A stretch of DNA of 12,455 nt from Verrucomicrobiota bacterium. Lineage in GTDB: Bacteria > Verrucomicrobiota > Verrucomicrobiia > Verrucomicrobiales > DEV007. The translations under genes and the position numbers were made by a program. Where the stretch lies: assembly GCA_045046875.1 (NCBI GenBank), contig JASFYY010000155.1, positions 1 through 12,455 of the forward strand. The letters run 5' to 3'. The notes beneath the pieces were generated by a model, which was given only the letters and a program-made list of their open reading frames with translations, was not told the DNA's origin and searched no databases. Position 1 is the stretch's first letter. Every line of letters starts with the position of its first letter. Positions 7,458 to 12,455 of this stretch are shown one piece after another.

Positions 7458-9179
7458 ATGAAACTACTACGACAAACCATCATCGGGATTGCCGCTGCGA
7501 CTGCTTTGGGAACGGTTGCCCAGGCCAAGGATAAAAAAATCGTCCACGACTCGGAATACTACATTTTGAAAGCCCAACACGGCGACTCATGGGCGGAACA
7601 GGATAAGGCAATCCAGGAGAAGCTTGCTGCCATCGAGAAAAAGCACGGACGCAAGCCAAACATCATTCACATCATGTGGGACGACACTGCGGTTGGTGAA
7701 ATTGGTATTCCGCAGATTCAGGCAGCGAGAGGGTTCAAAACTCCTAACATGAACAAATTTGCGGCGGAAGGGCAATATTACGCCCGCATGTACACTGAGC
7801 CGTCCTGTACCCCAACTCGTGCCGCATTTATGACGGGTCGTCACGCGGTGAGAAGCGGCATGTACACCGTGAGTTTTCCGTATGAATATGGTGGAATGAG
7901 TGAAAAAGAAACCACCATTGGCGAAGTGATGAGTTCAGCTGGTTACGCCACTGCATTCTATGGGAAAGGTCACCTAGGTGATATCGAACAAAGTTACATG
8001 ACTAACATGGGCTTTGATGAAGCCCTCTGGTGCCCTTACAATCAAGTTCCCAGCATGTATGTGCCACGTGGTGACCTTGGGCCGATGTTTCCAACCTCGA
8101 TTATGCCTGAACTTTACCCTAATGATCCATATGACATGGATCGTGGATGGCGTCCCGACGGCTACGTCTGGGCTCTGGAAGGAACCAAAGGTGGCAAAGT
8201 CCGCGAGTGGGGAACCCCTCCTAACGAAGATGACTATTACGCCCTGGAAGCTGAGTGCCAAAAGCGCACTCTCGAATTTATTCGCAAGAGCGTGAAAGCT
8301 GAGAAGCCATTCTTCATCAGTTATCAACCTATTGCGGCCTCTTTTCTTGGACCCAAGCCTGGTAAACCAAGAGTGACGGCGTCGGCAGGGTTGCTGCAGG
8401 ATTTCCTGGCAGAATTTGACGCATGGATTCCTGTCCTTCTGAAGGAACTGAGAGACCAGGGAGTGGAAGAAAATACACTGGTAATTCTGATGGCTGACAA
8501 CGGGCCTATGACCCATCACGGCCCTGATGGCATGGTTGAAACCCTTCACACCGGAGGAAAAGGTGATTTCACGGAGGGCGCGGTGCGTGTTCCATTTTTT
8601 GCGCGCTGGCCTAGTGTGATCGCACCTGGTCAAATCATTGGAGATATCGTTCACGTTACTGACCTCTACACCACCTTCGCCAGCTTGGCTGGAGCCAAAC
8701 AGTATATCCCCACTGACCGTATCATCGACGGTATCGATCAAACGTCTTTGCTACTGAATGGCGATACCCATAGCCGTCGCGATTACGTCTATATCTACAC
8801 CGGCGACATTCTCGCCGCGACGGTGAAGGGGCGCTTTAAGCGTCACTGGGTGGGTGAACTCCCGGGTCTCAGTGGAGCTTCGTTTTATGATCTCTACAAC
8901 GACCCTCGTGAAGTCATGGGTAAGATGCTCCCTGGATTCACCACCAAGACGATGTTTGATGTGATGGTGGCTCGGCACAACATGTGGATTCAAAAGTATC
9001 CCAATAAGAAGCACCCACGCGGTATGCCGCTCACCGGAATTGAAAATCCACGTCCCGCAGTGAAAAAGGCATCGCAGCCACGAGTCAACAAAAAGGACCT
9101 TCCTTTCGATCCTCAGGAATTTCTCAAATTTGAGTTCCCTTACAACCCGGCGATGGAGAAATGGGGTTCCGCTGAATAG
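7458..9179 (+). CDS. Secreted formylglycine-dependent (Cys-type, family S1) sulfatase, arylsulfatase-like (573 aa)
   Basis: KPNIIHIMWDD, catalytic SCTPTRAAFMTGR (CxPxR), GKGHLG, ADNG, KG..TEGAVRVP, DLYTT, IDG.D, YDLYNDPRE. Sec signal MKLLRQTIIGIAAATALGTVAQA from ATG 7458. Confidence 0.93.
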   Translation: MKLLRQTIIGIAAATALGTVAQAKDKKIVHDSEYYILKAQHGDSWAEQDKAIQEKLAAIEKKHGRKPNIIHIMWDDTAVGEIGIPQIQAARGFKTPNMNKFAAEGQYYARMYTEPSCTPTRAAFMTGRHAVRSGMYTVSFPYEYGGMSEKETTIGEVMSSAGYATAFYGKGHLGDIEQSYMTNMGFDEALWCPYNQVPSMYVPRGDLGPMFPTSIMPELYPNDPYDMDRGWRPDGYVWALEGTKGGKVREWGTPPNEDDYYALEAECQKRTLEFIRKSVKAEKPFFISYQPIAASFLGPKPGKPRVTASAGLLQDFLAEFDAWIPVLLKELRDQGVEENTLVILMADNGPMTHHGPDGMVETLHTGGKGDFTEGAVRVPFFARWPSVIAPGQIIGDIVHVTDLYTTFASLAGAKQYIPTDRIIDGIDQTSLLLNGDTHSRRDYVYIYTGDILAATVKGRFKRHWVGELPGLSGASFYDLYNDPREVMGKMLPGFTTKTMFDVMVARHNMWIQKYPNKKHPRGMPLTGIENPRPAVKKASQPRVNKKDLPFDPQEFLKFEFPYNPAMEKWGSAE

Positions 9180-9209
9180 CCCTTTCCAGGATTAGTTTAC
9201 TCTAGGATT

Positions 9210-9246
9210 AAGCGGGATCACATATTTTCTGTGGTGCCGCTTTTTT
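9210..9246 (+). terminator. Intrinsic terminator-like hairpin after the sulfatase
   Basis: AAGCGG-g-ATCACA-(TATTTTC)-TGTGGT-g-CCGC followed by TTTTTT, 30 bp after the stop codon. Confidence 0.65.
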
Positions 9247-9282
9247 GTGAAACTTCAAACTGAACGTAAATTTACTACTATT

Positions 9283-10437
9283 ATGAAAGAGTCTCGTAGA
9301 ACTATACTCAAATCCGCAGCGGTAGGTATCGCCGCCAGTGTTGCAGGACGAACCCTTTCTCTAGGGAGTGAATCAAAAACTCAATTTGACGACCCCACGG
9401 TCTCCAAGCGCCTTGGCCCCCACGGCAAAGGTTTGTCGATTACCCTAGCAGGCTATGAATACAACCGGGTAAGGACATTAGCCGACGGATCTGTGCAGGT
9501 CAAAGGTTGTGCTTCTACCTTTGAGGTTACTGGTATTGGTCCCCTTAACAATCATGCGTTTTTTGGTCCTCAGACTCGCGATATTACCGAGATCGGACTG
9601 ATCCCCTACATGCTGGCGTACGCTAATGATAACTTTCGCGACTACATTCTCCTTCCCATTCCCGCGTTGCGCTTGTTTCGCCACAAAAGCATGTGGGTTC
9701 GCACGGACAGTAAGATCAAAACGCCTGCCGATCTTCGCGGCAAAAAAGTCGCTACTGTCGGTTACTCATCATCTGGGCTCACTCACATCCGAGGCATCCT
9801 GGAGGAAGAATATGGAGTGAAATCGAGCGACATCAAATGGGTCTCCACCCAAAAAGACTCCGCGAGCAACTTGACCGGCGGTGTTTCCAGCTGGGAGAAA
9901 CTGCGCCCCGAAGGCATCTCTATCACGGATGCTCCCGCTGGTGAAGACGAGTCATCCCTTTTGCTCTCAGGTAAGGTCGATGCCATTTTCCACCCTGCGG
10001 AACCCAAAGCTTACCAAGAACGCAACCCCTTGATTCGTAGGCTGTTCACCGACCCTCGCAAGGTGGAAGTCGAGTATTACAAAAAAACGGGGGTTTTCCC
10101 GATTATGCACAGCGTGTCAATTCGCCGGAAAACGATGGAAGCTAATCCCTGGCTCTCCAAGGCTGTTTTTGAAGCCTACTCACAGGCAAAAAAAGCAGAT
10201 TATGAACACATGAAAACTTGGGGGTGGGCTACGGATACTCTCCCGTGGTATGGACAAGAGTTCAATGACACCCGTAATCTTATGGGCGAGAATTTCTATT
10301 CTTATGGATTTGAAGCATGCAAGTCATCTTATCAAACAGCCATCCGATACCTCTATGATCAAGGTCTATCCAAACGGAAAGTTTCTATCGAGGAGATGTT
10401 TGATCCCGCCACACTGGGACTCAAAGAAATGATATGA
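9283..10437 (+). CDS. 4,5-dihydroxyphthalate decarboxylase-like / type 2 periplasmic-binding-fold protein with Tat signal (384 aa)
   Basis: Motifs ITLAGYEYNRVRTLADGSV, RLFRH, IKTPADLRGKKV, IRGILEEEYGV, YYKKTGVFPIMH and MGENFYSYG. Tat-like SRRTILK plus hydrophobic stretch from ATG 9283. Confidence 0.8.
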   Translation: MKESRRTILKSAAVGIAASVAGRTLSLGSESKTQFDDPTVSKRLGPHGKGLSITLAGYEYNRVRTLADGSVQVKGCASTFEVTGIGPLNNHAFFGPQTRDITEIGLIPYMLAYANDNFRDYILLPIPALRLFRHKSMWVRTDSKIKTPADLRGKKVATVGYSSSGLTHIRGILEEEYGVKSSDIKWVSTQKDSASNLTGGVSSWEKLRPEGISITDAPAGEDESSLLLSGKVDAIFHPAEPKAYQERNPLIRRLFTDPRKVEVEYYKKTGVFPIMHSVSIRRKTMEANPWLSKAVFEAYSQAKKADYEHMKTWGWATDTLPWYGQEFNDTRNLMGENFYSYGFEACKSSYQTAIRYLYDQGLSKRKVSIEEMFDPATLGLKEMI

Positions 10438-10459
10438 CAATGAGCTGATATGCTCATTG
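10438..10459. other. Perfect inverted repeat CAATGAGC-TGATAT-GCTCATTG at the islet's right junction
   Basis: 8-bp arms with a 6-bp spacer. Fills almost the whole gap between the stop at 10437 and repeat copy 2. No T-tract. Confidence 0.7.
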
Positions 10460-10462
10460 ACC

Positions 10463-10548
10463 AAGAAGACCGATAAGGTGTATTTTTGCGGCTGCAAAGC
10501 GACCAAAAATGCTCCCATGTGTGACGGCAATCACAGTGAGTAGGGGGA
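10463..10548 (+). pseudogene. Direct repeat copy 2 (attR-like): displaced 3' fragment of the CDGSH gene
   Basis: Translates KKTDKVYFCGCKATKNAPMCDGNHSE* versus KKTGTVYFCGCKATKNAPMCDGSHSE*. An in-frame stop lies upstream at 10430-10432 and the 5' half of the gene is absent. Confidence 0.92.
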
Positions 10549-10559
10549 GGGATGAATAG

Positions 10560-11696
10560 TCACCCTTTTTTCAGGATCTTACGCAACACGGGTTCGGTGA
10601 GTTGAGCTTGGCGCATGAAACCCAGATCGTTGGGGTGGGAGCCGTCGGTGGTACCTTCGTTGTCGCTTCCTAGTAAATCGGCACCCTCCATGTAGTGCAG
10701 GTTTTTGATTCCGCTGCTGACGAGTTTGTCATAAGCGAGCACCAGGGCGGCGCGGCTGTCCTGATGACGTTGGCGGGCGGATTTTTTTATCCAAGCATAA
10801 CCGTAGGTGCGATCTTCCACCAGCAGGATGGGGGTGTTGGGACGAATTTTGCGCAATTGGCGGACAAAGGGCTCTGCTCGTTCGGTGACGAGATCCGGGG
10901 TCATGTTGGGCAGGCAGTCGAGCACATAAACCGAGGCATCGATTTCGCCGATCAGGGCGGCGAGTTCGAGATCCATTTTGCCGTTGCCGGAAAAACCGAG
11001 ATTGATGGTGGGTAGGCCGAGTTGACGTCCGAGAATCGCGGGCAGTGCCATGCCGGGGCGTGACGCGCAGGCTCCGTGCATGATCGATGTGCCATAAAAT
11101 AAAATGGGAGGATCCTTGCGCGGCGTAATGGGAGTGAAAGTAGAACCTTCAGGCACGCCGAATTCCAGTGAATGGATGCCATTGTAGAGCGGCAGGTAGG
11201 CGGTGTATTGGCGAGTGCCAGGGTCGAGCTCTTGCGCGATGGTGGCATTGACTTCCTTTTTTGTGGGTTTGACAACGGATACCCAGCGTAACTGACCTTT
11301 GGAGTTCTCCGCATAGAGATCGATGCCGCTGACTCCAGTGGCGGGCATGTGGGGCATAGCGAGGCCGCCAGTCAAGGTGTAGCGAACCTGGATTTTTGTG
11401 GCGTTGCTTGAGAATCGGGTTAGCATGCCGGCGCTGTGTTGGGAAAGACTCCAGACCGGCTTGCGCACGACCTGCTTGGCTTTGAGCGGTAAGCGGGCGT
11501 AAAAACGTTCCATTTCATCGCTTTGCCATCCCCGGCCTTCGATGCCCCAGTCTTCGACCTTATACCAAGTGAGTCCGTCCTTTTTATCGTCGGTCTCTTT
11601 TTTGGGATCGGCGGCGGAAGCTAGAGAGTTGAGAGAGAGAGTGACGGAAGCTCCGAGGGTCAGTTTGGAAAATTGGCGGCGTGAGTGGGTTTTCAT
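10560..11696 (-). CDS. SGNH/GDSL hydrolase (GxDLY N-terminal domain + GDSL_3-type domain), Tat-exported
   Basis: Tat motif SRRQFSK, SGIDLY, YLPLYNG, block I FYGTSIMHGACASRPG, NLGFSGNG, DCLPN and catalytic DGSHP. Confidence 0.9.
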   Translation of the reverse strand: MKTHSRRQFSKLTLGASVTLSLNSLASAADPKKETDDKKDGLTWYKVEDWGIEGRGWQSDEMERFYARLPLKAKQVVRKPVWSLSQHSAGMLTRFSSNATKIQVRYTLTGGLAMPHMPATGVSGIDLYAENSKGQLRWVSVVKPTKKEVNATIAQELDPGTRQYTAYLPLYNGIHSLEFGVPEGSTFTPITPRKDPPILFYGTSIMHGACASRPGMALPAILGRQLGLPTINLGFSGNGKMDLELAALIGEIDASVYVLDCLPNMTPDLVTERAEPFVRQLRKIRPNTPILLVEDRTYGYAWIKKSARQRHQDSRAALVLAYDKLVSSGIKNLHYMEGADLLGSDNEGTTDGSHPNDLGFMRQAQLTEPVLRKILKKG

Positions 11697-11892
11697 TTAT
11701 CAATTAGGATTTAGCATTTAACACTGAGAGGCAGGGAAGGTAGGCAGGTGCGGGCGGTGAGGCAAATGAGAAATGAGTAGGGAGCAGGAAAGGGTGATTT
11801 ATCATTTGGGCGCATGTTCTTGTTTCAAGCGATCAGCTGCCCAATCAGCCCATGGGCCAGATTCTTTTGACCAGAGTTCGAGAGCTTTTTTG

Positions 11893-12455
11893 TTATTCAC
11901 TCTTACCTTCACCGCCCGAAGATTCGAGGATTTCCAACTCTTTGCCTAGGCGTTGCAGAGAAATTTCAAGTAATTCGCTTAATTGTTTTTTCATCAGGTG
12001 GATGCGGTTTTCGATTTTTTTCCGGGTAGCTTCATCTATGGATTTTTTGATTTGGGGAAACGATTTCTCGTCGGGAAACAATTCCTTGGCGACGGCCGCT
12101 TCAATCAGGGGTTGCTCAATCTTTTTGATTTTACTGATCAACGATGCGATCAACGGGTCAGGCATGAATCCGATAGTTAGAACTTTGGCTAGACGTTGTT
12201 CGTCGGGAAGTGGTAGTAATTGATCAAGGTAGGCTTTGGTGATGGTTAGCTGATTGTCATGTCGGTATAAATATGACAGTGCGGTATCGAGAAGTAGCTG
12301 GTCTTGCGCCCCTAGTCTGGCAACTAATCCTCTTGAGCTCACATTGTAAACGATCATGCACCCTGTCGGAACATTGATTCCCATGTTTTCGAAGTAGGGG
12401 GCCATGTCGATGGAGCCGTATTCATTCACAGCGTTCTCGCTGAGTTTGATCTGCT
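11893..12455 (-). CDS. Hypothetical protein, 5'-truncated by the window edge
   Basis: The frame stays open upstream of 12429 to the window end (…QIKLSENAVNEY…). The C-terminus is charged and helical/coiled-coil-like. Confidence 0.7.
   Translation of the reverse strand, partial: QIKLSENAVNEYGSIDMAPYFENMGINVPTGCMIVYNVSSRGLVARLGAQDQLLLDTALSYLYRHDNQLTITKAYLDQLLPLPDEQRLAKVLTIGFMPDPLIASLISKIKKIEQPLIEAAVAKELFPDEKSFPQIKKSIDEATRKKIENRIHLMKKQLSELLEISLQRLGKELEILESSGGEGKSE

Larger units (their letters stand above)
5839..10548. mobile_element. Genomic islet (~4.6 kb) bounded by a duplication of the CDGSH gene 3' end; no integrase or transposase inside
   Basis: Flanking 86-bp direct repeats, an abrupt shift to AT-rich sequence right after copy 1, and a self-contained regulator plus enzyme cargo. 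Confidence 0.8.

Noticed and set aside
7974..9014. Antisense ORFs 7974-8741 and 8751-9014, and similar short ORFs inside araC, the DUF genes and the SGNH gene
   Set aside because: They lie entirely within genes with clear family motifs and show no recognisable features, including no integrase or transposase motifs.
9247..9282. GTG start for the decarboxylase-like gene
   Set aside because: It abuts the terminator T-tract. ATG 9283 puts the twin-arginine motif at the normal N-terminal position.

Overview
A bacterial window, probably from the PVC superphylum and most likely Verrucomicrobia. This is inferred from the DUF1501 plus planctomycete-cytochrome/DUF1549/DUF1553 gene pair and a Verrucomicrobia-like motif in the last ORF. 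The GC-rich backbone carries a minus-strand run (cytochrome c/DUF1549/DUF1553 protein, Tat-exported DUF1501 protein, beta-helix protein), a two-domain CDGSH [2Fe-2S] protein, a Tat-exported SGNH hydrolase and a truncated hypothetical. The main observation is a ~4.6 kb integrase-less islet in the 3' end of the CDGSH gene. The last 26 codons, the stop and 5 more bases (5839-5924) recur at 10463-10548 with 79/86 identity, and a perfect 8-6-8 inverted repeat lies at the right junction. The cargo is an EutR-like AraC regulator divergent from a small Arg-tailed lipoprotein-like gene, a secreted Cys-type sulfatase and a Tat-signal 4,5-dihydroxyphthalate-decarboxylase-like (PBP2 fold) protein. A degenerate REP-like hairpin cluster lies at 836-1010. 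All family assignments come from motif recognition by eye; no searches were run.
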